Origin: Octopus vulgaris
Taxonomy: Eukaryota
NCBI GenBank assembly: GCA_951406725.2
Contig: OX597824.1
Span: 65,348,001 to 65,412,000 of the forward strand
Direction of reading: 5' to 3'
DNA length: 64,000 bases
Shown here: positions 42,134-52,890 of the stretch, piece by piece
How positions within the stretch are numbered: the stretch's first letter is position 1
Layout of the letters: each line of letters starts with the position of its first letter
Translations under genes and position numbers: made by a program
The notes under the pieces: generated by a model
What the model saw: the letters and a program-made list of their open reading frames with translations, nothing else
Told to the model about the DNA's origin: nothing
The model's database searches: none

Positions 42134-43352
42134 GTAAAACAAAGTTTTTTTTTGTTTTTTTTTAAATGAATTACAATTGTATACATATATATATATTTTG
42201 AAATGGGTGTGATATATATGAACAGATATGGTGCAGGTATAACTTGTGAGTGAGAAGCTTATTTCACAACCACATGGTTCTAGGTTCAATCCCACCTTTG
42301 TCAAATTAAATGTCTTCTGCCATAGCTTTTCTTTGACCAATGCTTTGTGAGTTGATTTTGATATGTAGAGTGTGTGTGTGAAAACTATTGAAGTGTAAAT
42401 GGAAAATATTTTCCTTCAATGACTCTTTTATTTTATGCCAAGGCTTTACATAGTGTGGTTCACCAACAATATTTAATATAACCGAGAAAAATCAAGGAAG
42501 AGGATCGCCTGAAAGTTTGAGTATAATAGATTAATAATTGGTATACTTTTCAACATTGATACCTCTCTTACAGACATTATTGATATACATTGTTTCGGTA
42601 AACCAACTTCTAGAAACAGTGAGCAAACCATCTCTTTCCTATTGAAGTTCAACATAGGTATACCACTACCTGGTTCCTAAATCCTGAAAGACTCTAGACT
42701 TTATTGTGTTTAAGAGAAAATGAAAAACCCTGTATACATATTGATTTTAGTAAATGAAGCTTCATTTTAGTATGTTTTTACTAAATGTTATAGTTTTTAT
42801 AAGAACATAATTTTAGTAAGGGAGTTACTAAATGGTATAATTTAAATTTTACTATGACTATATTATTGTTTCATTTGTGTATTATAAGTATATGGTCTCA
42901 TTTGTGTGTTTTGTAAGGAGGGTCAGATTTTTGGGTTCAGTCCCACTGCATGGCACCTCAGGGAGGTATCTCCTATTATAGACTCAGGCCAATTGCAGCC
43001 TTGTGAATGGATATTTGGTAGATGGAAATTGAAAGCTCATATTATATATAATATGTATTATATATGTGTGTGTGAGTGTGTGCATGTTTATGTCTCCTTG
43101 TCTTGACATTGAGTGACTGTTGTAAATGAATGGCATTCATTTCCAATATTCTACTTAAACCTTGCATGGAAATAAATGCAGGTTGGTGGCAGGAAGAGCA
43201 TCCAACTCTAAAAGTTTGTGTCAGTAAACTCCATCTGGTTCATTAAAGTATGAAAAAGTGGATTTTAAATTGGCTGCTGTGGCAGCAGTGGGGTGACAAT
43301 GATGTTTGTCTAATCATATTCAGTATCTCTTTTCATTTCATTTTCTTCACAG

Positions 43353-43478
43353 GAATGACAGTTGATTTACTCTGTGATGTTGAAGTAAATTTCTGTTACT
43401 CAACACCTTGTCAACAGAATGGAACATGCATTCCAAAAGAAGGGGGTTATGTCTGCTTATGTCCAGAAGGATATACAG
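43353..43478 (+). CDS. CELSR: CELSR/Flamingo internal exon: end of EGF1 plus EGF2 (phase 1 to 1, 126 bp)
   Basis: ttcttcacag| acceptor, acag|gtcagt donor. (G)MTVDLLCDVEVNFCYSTPCQQNGTCIPKEGGYVCLCPEGYTG has canonical EGF Cys spacing and matches CELSR CETEIDLCYSDPC...EGGYTC. Confidence 0.96.
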
Positions 43479-44894
43479 GTCAGTATATACATTCCTTTTC
43501 TTTTGTTTGCTACTTTTTCTCATGGTTGTTGCACGTATCAAGGAAGAAACATCTATGTGATTGACCAGTGTGATCAACAATTTGTTAGAAACAGTAGATA
43601 AATCTCACTCAAATCTCACCCAATTGTCTTGATTGGAAAAAAATGAGAAGACGCATTGGATATTATTGTCTAGATCAACTAAGAAAGAAAGGAAAAGATG
43701 GGTGAGTCATGGCTAAAATGACTTTGAACACAGGTCTACTTGTCAAAATTGGGCTGGTATCAAAATAACACCAACAACTACTACAGATAAAAAATTTTTG
43801 TTGATACATTCATGGATTTCATTGCTGTTCTTGTTGATCCTATCCTACCAAAATTAAAAAAAGATACCATTTATTTTCAAAGTAATCCCTTTTGTAGATC
43901 TGTTGCAGATCTCTTACCAAAAAATGCTCTCATATATTTCTACCTATTCTATTGTCACCACAACAGTCTCTGATCCCCTGAATTAGCTAGCTGCATAACA
44001 CCTGTACCCATTTCTTCTCATCTTGTCACCTCATCCATGCCCCACTATTTGCCAACACTTGCTCTCTAGAGCAACAAGCCACTGAAATTCTGCTCATATC
44101 TTAAGTTTTTTCCTGCAGATATGAACTTATAGATGATCAAACTGAGCATGAGTCATATCAATCTCACCAATCTCAGAGGGCCTTCAAAGGTCATGGACAC
44201 TGATTAAACTAGGTACAAACAGTTGAGACATAAGCCACAAAACTGCAACCAGTTACTTTAATTTCCTGAATTCATATAAATCTTGTTTTAATCATACAAA
44301 CACAGGAATTTTAATTAACACACACAGGAAATAAATATCAAAAATAGAAAAAGCAAACATGTATGGGCATGTATTATTCCTGGGTCAGTTGCATCTGGAC
44401 CAACATGATTATTGACAACTTGATATCAAAATGTTTGTCATATTTCAGCAATTTAGATTATGGATAAATTGTTCATTTTATTGGTTACGACAGTATTACA
44501 GTCGTGTAGGATATCTAAAAGACATATTCCATGCTTAGGCTTTCTTCTGTAACTGAATAGAAATTCCTTTCTCAGAAGTAAATAAATGAACTATACCTGT
44601 TTTAAAATTTTAATATATAAATGTGAATGTTTGTATGTTCCAAGTATTAACCCACACTTTTTGACATATAAACCCAGTTTTTTTTTTAAACAGGTATCTA
44701 CTTATATATAACTTTTTCCGTCTTATAATGGTAAAATACCCACTCTTTCTGTTGTTTTCATGGCTATACTGCATTCGAAATTTACTTTCTTATCTGTTAA
44801 ATACAAAACATATTCAATGCTTCTAAAGTTAGTTTACAAAATGTTGTCGTATTCCAAAAGCTATTATTATTTAGCATTTAATTTGATTGTGATT

Positions 44895-44989
44895 GTTGTC
44901 AGTGGGCTGTTTAGCTTAATGGTAGAGTACCCAGCCAGTATCTGAGGGGTATGAATTTGAGTCCTGTAGCCATCTGCTGACAACTTTTT
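44895..44989 (+). pseudogene. Degenerate tRNA-like / Pol III head (possible AGT anticodon)
   Basis: A-box tagcttaatggtagag; cag-ccagtat-ctg arm; decayed B-box tttgagtcc; ggct/agcc acceptor remnant; T5 at 44985-44989. Confidence 0.45.
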
Positions 44990-45117
44990 CCATCTTAAAA
45001 AGGATAAAATACCCAATCTTTCTTCTGTTTTTACAGCTATACTGTGTTCAAAATTTATTTTCTTGCCTGTAATATATATATATATATATATATAGATATA
45101 TATAGATGTATATTATA

Positions 45118-45185
<68 letters not shown>

Positions 45186-45201
45186 CACATACATACTTTT
45201 A

Positions 45202-45239
<38 letters not shown>

Positions 45240-45647
45240 CAAAATAAGAAAATGGAGAAACACATCTTAATCAATGATCAACTACCAGATAATATCCAAT
45301 CACATAATTTATTAAACCACAACATATGAACATTAAGGTCAAACATAATAATATAGAACAAAACAATGTACATGAAAGAGTAATATGATACAATAAGTAC
45401 AGTATGTATAAGTGAATATAAATAAATACAAATATAAATATAAACTATAGCTTACAGCTGTTTCGGCCATGCGTGGTAAAACATTTTACCTTTGCCCATA
45501 TAATACAGTAAATGAATTAAGTGCATCGCAATTCTTAACATTTATGTATTAACTTTGTTGGGTGCTTTACTAGCAGTGAAATCAATTAATACCAAGATAT
45601 CTGTTCTTCCTTTGTGGTTTACGCAAGGTAAGGCCTATTTCAATTTG

Positions 45648-45686
<39 letters not shown>

Positions 45687-45731
45687 AGTGTGTGTGTAAT
45701 AAAGCATTATTACCATTATTAAAAATAACAC

Positions 45732-47550
45732 ACTGATGACCTTGCTCTAATTGCTGAGTCTCTATCAGAACTAGAGAAGTTTCAGGTATGGAAACAAGGT
45801 TTAGAATCGAAGGGCCTTAGAATCAACTTAGCCAAAACCAAAGTCCTAATAAGTAGGAAGGTAGACCAATCACAAACGCCTTCAGGTAGATGGCCCTGCT
45901 CGATCTGTAGAAAAGTTGTAGGTAGAAACTCTATAAGATGCACCAAGTGTAAGCTATGGACACATAAGAGGTGCAGCAATGTCAAAGGAAGGCTAACTAG
46001 GAAGATGGTTTTTGTATGTGGCAGATGCTCAGGAACAATTAACACTGAAAATGCTCTGAGACCAACTTCCGTCACTTTCCAGGGAGAAAAGCTAGAAGTA
46101 GTTGATAGTTTCCGTTACCTAGGTGACCAAGTCAGTAGCGGGAGCGGGTGCGCTGAAAGTATAACTGCTAGAGTAAGAATAGCCTGGGCAAAGTTTAGAT
46201 AGCTCTTACCCCTGCTGGTGACAAAAGGCCTCTTGCTCAAAGTAAAAGGCAGACTGTAAAGATGCATTTACGTACAGCCATGCTACATGGTAGTGAAACT
46301 TGGGCTGTGACTGCTGAGGATTTGCGTAAGCTCATTGCAAGAAATGAAGCTAGTATGCTCCGATGGATGTGTAACGTCAGTGTTCATAATCGACAGAGTG
46401 TAAGTACCTTGAGAGAAAAGTTGAACCTAAGAAGCATCAGTTGTTGTGTGCAAGAGAGACGTATGCGCTGGTATGGTCATGTGATGAGAATGGCTGAAGA
46501 TAGTTGTGTGCGAAAATGCCACACCCTGGCAGTTGAGGGGACCAAAGGAAGAGGTAGACCCAGGAAAATCTGGGTCGAGGCGGTGAAGCAACAACCTTAA
46601 ACTTTAGGTCTCACCAAGGAAATGACCAGTGACCGAGACCTTAATAGGTATGCAAGTGCGTGAGAAAACCCGGCAAGACCAGTGAGAACAGTCAAAATCA
46701 AGATCAAACCAAATTGAGGTCGATCAACATCAGGGCCCCCGTGCAGGTGACACGTAAAAATACCATCCGTTCGTAGCCGTTAATAACAGCCCTGTCTGGC
46801 CCCAAATAAGTTGGTGGCACGTAAAAGCACCATCCGCTCGTGTTCGTTGCCAGCCTGGCCTGGCCCCCATGCCGGTGACACGTAAAAGCACCATCCGTTT
46901 GTGGCCGTTTGCCAAAGCCTGAAATTATGAGGAGGAGGCCAGTAGATTACATTAGCCGGAATGTACAACTGGTACTTATCTGTCTGGCCCCCGTGCCGGT
47001 GACACATAAAAGCACCATCCGTTCGTGGCCGTTTGCCAGCCCTGTCTGGCCCCCATGTCGGTGACATGTAAAAGCACCATCTGTTCGTGTCCGTTTGCCA
47101 GCCCTGTCTGGCCCCCATGTCGGTGACATGTAAAAGCACCATCCGTTCGTGTCCGTTGCCAGCCTCGCCTGGCCCCCGTGCCGGTGACACGTAAAAGCAC
47201 CATCCGTTCGTGGCCGTTTGCCAGCCCTGTCTGGCCCCCGTGTTGGTGGCACGTAAAAGCACCATCCGTTCATGTCCGTTGCCAGCCTCGCCTGGCCCCG
47301 TGCCGGTGACACGTAAAAGCACCATCCGTTCGTGGCCGTTTGCCAGCTCTGTCTGGCACCTGTGCAGGTGGCACGTAAAAAGCACCCACTACACTCACGG
47401 AGTGGTTGGCGTTAGGAAGGGCATCCAGCCGTAGAAACACTGCCAGATCTGACTGGGCCTGATGAAGCCTTCCAGCTTCACAGACCCCAGTTGAACCGTC
47501 CAACCCATGCTAGCATGGAGAACGGACGCTAAATGATGATGATGATGATG
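45732..47550 (+). mobile_element. RTE LINE, 5'-truncated at the RT (Y)ADD motif, with a tandem-repeat 3' UTR and (GAT)n tail
   Basis: Frame from 45732 reads TDDLALIAES...GLRINLAKTKVL...VVDSFRYLGD...RVRIAWAKFR*, then MLHGSETWA...RMRWYGHVMRM...GRGRPRK. Contains stops and a frameshift. Confidence 0.92.
46734..47386 (+). repeat. Minisatellite of ~10 units of 61-62 bp in the RTE 3' UTR
   Basis: Unit ggcccccgtgccggtgacacgtaaaagcaccatccgttcgtggccgtttgccagccctgtct, with two end variants (...gccctgtct and ...gcctcgcct). Interrupted by a 67-bp foreign insert at 46913-46979. Confidence 0.95.
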
Positions 47551-48189
47551 ACACACACACACATATAGACACACATTAATATGTATATAATACAAGAAGA
47601 CAAAGAATGAATTTAGCACATCTTTAATATTCATTACAATTGTTTCTGTGCCACTCTGTTTCTAACCACATTGCATGTAAATGATTGTGTGTGAAAAAAA
47701 TCACACAATATGTGTGGTTGATTATGTTAGAATGGCACTTTGTGAGACTAGCATTAAGTCATGCCTCTTTGCATTGTATGAAGAATATGTATTTGGTGTA
47801 GTGTATATAGAGAAGAAACAGGACAATGAGTACCAAAATATTAATGATGATGGTGATGACAACAAAGAAGAAGAAGAAGAAAAGGGATAAAAAGTAACAA
47901 CAACATTAATACAAATGCCAACAATAATAAAATTAATAGTAGTGGTACAAGGGGCATTTATAAGACCCAGGGACTAATAGAATCAAATAAAATTTTAGCG
48001 TGATAAAGTATTAAGCAAACAAACAGCCTATTCAATGATGATGACGATGATGATAAGGATAGTATATTAAAAATAATAAAAGAAAAATGTAGCAATAATA
48101 ATAACAATAGAGAACAAATAAGTCAGAAGAAAAGGGGGAGATTCAAATAATATTATTAATAATAATAATATTAATAATAATAATAATAA

Positions 48190-48637
48190 TCCTTTTCACT
48201 ATAGGCTCAAAGCCTGAAATTATGAGGAGGAGGCCAGTAGATTACATTGGCCGGAATGTACAACTGGTACTTATTTCATCAACCCTGAAAGGAAGAGAGG
48301 CAAAGTTAACCTCGGCAGTATTTGAACTCAGAATGTAAAGCCAGAAAAAAATGCTGTTAAACATTTTTCCAGTGCAGTAACAATTCTATCAGCTTGTCGC
48401 CTTAATAATAATAGTAATAATAATAATCCTTTCTACTATCATCATAAGACTTGAAACTTTAGAGGAGGAGGCTAGTTGATTACATTAACCTCAGTACTTG
48501 AGTAGTACCTAGTTTATCAATCCTGAAAGAATGAGAGGCAAAGTCAACCTTGGCAAAAATTGAATGCAGAACATAAAGACAGACAAAATGCTGCTAAGCA
48601 TTTTGTCCATTCTGCTAACAAATCTGCCAGCTTGCTG
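48190..48637 (-). mobile_element. Two tandem SINE family B copies with (AAT)n flanks
   Basis: Reverse-complement blocks ctggtacttattt, gaggcaaagt(t/c)aacct, ttgaactcagaa, tgccagcttg at ~48190-48402 and ~48428-48637. Confidence 0.8.
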
Positions 48638-49555
48638 CCGCAATAATGGTCATGATAACTTATACTTATATTATATGTAATAATAATTAATACTTATCAC
48701 CATTAAGACACAAACTCAATAATAGCAATAATAATAAGGATAAAGAAGATGATGATGATGGCAGTAGTAATAATGGTGATGGAAAAATAAATAAATAAAT
48801 ACTTGGGCAAAGATGCGATAATTTGGAATTTAGGAGTGTTCTTGGTGAGGGAAAATGTAACTGGCAATAAAATTCTAAGGCAGTCTGTTGAGAGATGCAG
48901 TAGTTATAAGGATAAAGATTATAAAATTGTTGTGGATGGTTGTTGTTTGATATGCATTCCACTGCAGCCTGTTAAAGTGGATTGACAGAAAATTGACATA
49001 TGCATCAAAACATATATCAGTGAACCATTGATTTCCTGAGAAGTGGAAGGAGGAGAATAAATAAAATAAAAATTTATAAGGTAAAATGTAAAAAAAAAAA
49101 TGAAAAGAATAAAGAATACACAGAATTCATTGGAATGAGTGGACTAATAGAATCAAATAAAATTTTAGCATGATAAAGTATTAAGCAAACAAACAGCCTA
49201 TTCATTAGCTAATTAACAAGTTTGTTAATTAAAACTCCTATGTTGCAAGGTGGAGAGTTAATAATGCTTGACTGGCAGAAACAAAGGACATGAGGGAGTG
49301 ATTGGGGGAAGTATAATGGGCTATAGAGCAATAAAATTGTAAGTACCCAATATAAGGTTAAGGTGTAAACTGAACAATCAAGTGAGGAAGAGAATACTGC
49401 TATTACGAAACATATTTGAGTTATGACAAAAGAAATCCTACATATCCATATGACTGGGTTGTTGATGATGGGGTGTTATGAGAGGGTTAAAGGAGAAGTG
49501 AAATGAAACAAAATGGAAATGAAATATGACAAATTACAGGTATAACTTAAAGATA

Positions 49556-50172
49556 GGTGTAGGAGTGGCTGTGTGGTAAGTAGCTTGCTTATGAACCACA
49601 TGGTTCCGGGTTCAGTCCCACTACGTGACACCTTGGGCAAGTGTCTTCTACTATAGCCTCGGGCCGACCAAAGCCTTGTGAGTGGATTTGGTCCATTGTG
49701 CTAACAAATCTGCCAGCTTGCATCTGCAATAATGGTCATGATAATAACTTATACTTATTATATAATATGTAATAATAATTAATACTTATCACCATTAAGA
49801 CACAAACACAATAGTAGCAAAAATAATAAGGATAAAGAAGATGATGATGATGATGGCAGCAGTAATAATGGTGATGGAAAAATAAATAAATAAATACTTG
49901 GGCAAAAATGCGATAATTTGGAAACTGAAAGAAGCCTGTCGTATATATGTATATGTATGTGTGTGTGTATATGTTTATGTGTCTGTGTTTGTCCCCCCAA
50001 CATCGTTTGACAACTGATGCTGGTGTATTTACGTCCCTGTAACTTAGCGGTTTGGCAAAAGAGATCAATAGAATAAGTACTAGGCTTACAAAGAATAAGT
50101 GCTGGGGTCGATTTGCTTGACTAAAGGCGGTGCTCCAGCATGACCACAGTCAAATGACTGAAACAAGTAAAA
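49556..50172 (+). mobile_element. SINE family A, interrupted by a 233-bp locally copied insert (49691-49923)
   Basis: Both halves are colinear with 52978-53383; the junction is at ...ggatttggt|agac|ggaaactg. Confidence 0.92.
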
Positions 50173-50175
50173 TTA

Positions 50176-50405
50176 TTATTTAACATCCATTTTCCATGCT
50201 GGCATGAGTTGGATGGTTTGACAGGAGCTGGTCAGCTGGAGAGCTGTACCAGGCTCCAATTGTCTGTTATGGCAAGCTTTCTATGACCAGATTCCTTCCT
50301 AACACCAACCACTTTACAGAGTGTACTGGGTGCTTTTAATGTGGCAACAGCATGGGTGCTATTTATGTGGCACTAGCACAGGTGCTTTGTATGTGACACC
50401 ATGTG
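50176..50405 (-). mobile_element. RTE-tail element, older copy
   Basis: ttttccatgctggcatgagttggatgg...ccttcctaacaccaaccactttaca...ggtgctttt. A similar remnant lies at ~23280-23480. Confidence 0.7.
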
Positions 50406-50579
50406 TCTAAGGCATACTCTGTGAAAATGTGTATGGGATCAAAGTGAGTAATAAGGCAAAAGGAAATGTATGGAGGTGGAGAAAATTCAATTATGTTACC
50501 AACGAAAATTGTAAAAGTAGAAACCTGTAGTCCATGTAGTTTGAAATAAATTATGTCTTGTAAAGGATTAGTCATTAGG

Positions 50580-51513
50580 GGCTAATACAAATAAAAAATT
50601 TAGGGCTGAAAATTTCCTAACATTTTTCTCTCCATGCTGTCTCTCCATGCAGGGATACACACTTTATTTTAAACCGTTTCTGGAAATGGTCAAACCATCC
50701 CTTGCTGGTTTGAAAATCTTTGGGCTCCAGTGCTGTCAATGGTCTTGGTTGCGGTTCTCCAATGCCTTCTGCTCCATCTTGTCTGTCAAACTGCTGGTAT
50801 AATTTCTGCACTTTCTTGCAGTTGCTGATCCACAATGCCAAGGTAGATTCCATCCTGATGAAGTAGTTATTTCTCACTGTCTTTATCTTTTTGGCACTTT
50901 CACAAAAGCTTACTGCTGCAGTAGACCTGATCGCTACCTTGTTCTTCTTTATGTAGCATATAGTGCTTTCGTCGACATCATAACAATGACCTACTGCAGC
51001 ATAACTTTGACCGTCATGGAGCATATCCAGCAGTTGTACATTCTTATGGAATGTCATAATCTTTTTCTGGTGCTTAGGTCCACTGCCAGAAGCCTTAGAA
51101 AGTGTAGGGTGTTTGGGTGGCATCTTAGGGCTTTAATAACATGTTGCAAAAAACACAACACTCAGCAAAATACTTGAGATAGCTACTGGATGCAGTTCTT
51201 CCCCAAAAAACATACAAAAGAATCTTCGTTGCGCATACCACCAATGGAAGTTTGAGCAGACATTAAAAATAATCATAGTTTTAAAAGTTTAGTTTGTATC
51301 TAGTGAGATACAGTAATCTATACTATAATAATAATAATAATAATTAGAGTGAGAGAGAAAGAGAGAGAGATATGCCATGAAAGAAGTCATAAAAAATTGC
51401 AGACAATATTTATGATTCCGCGAATATGTGGTGGTTTCCACAAACAAATATTCGTTCTGCGAATAACTGGGACCACGAATGCCAAACTGCAAATAAGCAG
51501 GGGGGATATACTG
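50580..51513 (-). mobile_element. Tigger/pogo transposon remnant (N-terminal psq/CENP-B HTH only)
   Basis: ORF 50617-51123 MPPKHP..KKIMTFHKNVQLLDML...DESTICYIKKNK...MESTLALWI...FQTSKGWFDHFQKRF..VSLHGETA. Tigger-like terminus cagtatatcccccctgcttatt at 51513 flanked by TA. No DDE domain; left boundary approximate. Confidence 0.85.
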
Positions 51514-52438
51514 TATGTGTGTATATGTTTATATATATGTATATCTATCTCTATCTCATTCCCTCCCTCTCTCAGCTCTCTCACTCTCCTCCTCTCTCTC
51601 TCTCTCTCTCCTGCCACCCTCTATATAACTAAGAATTTTATTGCTGAGTTCACCCCATGGGGGAGTGTAAAAATGGTGGGGAGTAAGTTTGTCAAATGCT
51701 GTTAACTTCACAATTGTGTTATATGATATAAAAATAGAAGAAAATCATTTACAATTTTAACTGATAGTTGAAGATAATAGATTTATCATGTTAATGCAAT
51801 ATGTTCTTGCGCAATAGATTGAGAATTCTAATGGAATTCTATTCTCACAGAAAAAAAAACAATAAAACTTCCAATTTGTGAGTGTTGTTGAACTTATTTT
51901 TGCCAAAACACCATCATTTTTCTCTAATTCATGTGTTTTACTTTAAAGATTTTAATCACTGGATGATAATTTCTCATTTTAATGGTTGTGCAATATGCAC
52001 TTAATTTATATAGGTGTGTATATGTCTGTATGTGGAGAGAAAGAATGTGTGTGTGTTTGTGTGGGTAAAGAGGGATTTAGCACAATGATTTAAATTATCA
52101 TAGAAAGTAAAAAGCAACATTAACTGTGATTTAAAGCTGAAAGAATAGTTTAAGTGTATACTGATATATGGTACTGTGGTCTGACTGGAATGAAACTGTA
52201 GTTGCTTATGGAATAGATGAAGTTGTAGCTTAATGAAGAGGAATGATGATGATGATGATAACGACGACGTCAACGATGAACTATTGAAAACAAAAATATG
52301 TTATATCAATAAATTTCATGTACATCTCGGTGTGAGTCAATAGAAATTTTACCTTAGGACCCAATGTAAATATAAAATATGTATGTGTGTATGAGAAGAA
52401 TAGTATTTGTATTTTGTATTTATATATGCATAAATATT

Positions 52439-52543
<105 letters not shown>

Positions 52544-52890
52544 TTATACACACACAAAACTCCTACTCTCCTGCTCTGGCATACAATCCTATACCTTACT
52601 CTTACACTTATTTCCTTAACTGAAAGTGTATATCATAGATTACCATAAAAGTTGACATTCTCAGCCATGTCTGTACCATTGGAATCAAATGTAAACAATA
52701 GGCTGAAGTCGTATTTGATTGAGAAGTAAAACCAGCCAGACATTTCCTTTAAAAGACAGGTGGATCAAGAAACTAGTGGTGTTAATGGTAGTGGTGATGG
52801 TGAGATGTCATGTCAGGTTAGCTACTAGAATTGTGACAATCTAAACTAGCAACTGTGAGCAAAACCCAAAGCAAACTTATTTTAATTTGT

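Noticed and set aside
45733-45739. CTGATGA at the start of the RTE
   Set aside because: It is the coding sequence of the RT (Y)xDD motif and has no ribozyme stems.
46734-47386. CRISPR-like appearance (regular repeats with one foreign insert)
   Set aside because: Units are contiguous without unique spacers, lie in a LINE 3' UTR of a eukaryote, and no cas genes are present.
47459-47465. CTGATGA in the RTE tail as a hammerhead core
   Set aside because: The paralogous copy at ~54964 reads ctggtgc, and there is no downstream GAAA/stem arrangement.
46730-47503. Long minus-strand ORFs (e.g. 201 aa, 46780-47385)
   Set aside because: Products of the GC-rich minisatellite: the same peptides recur in all three frames.
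50617-51123. 168-aa ORF as a domesticated TIGD/CENP-B-like host gene
   Set aside because: It retains a transposon terminus, appears internally deleted, lacks the DDE domain and has degenerate residues; best read as a Tigger fossil.
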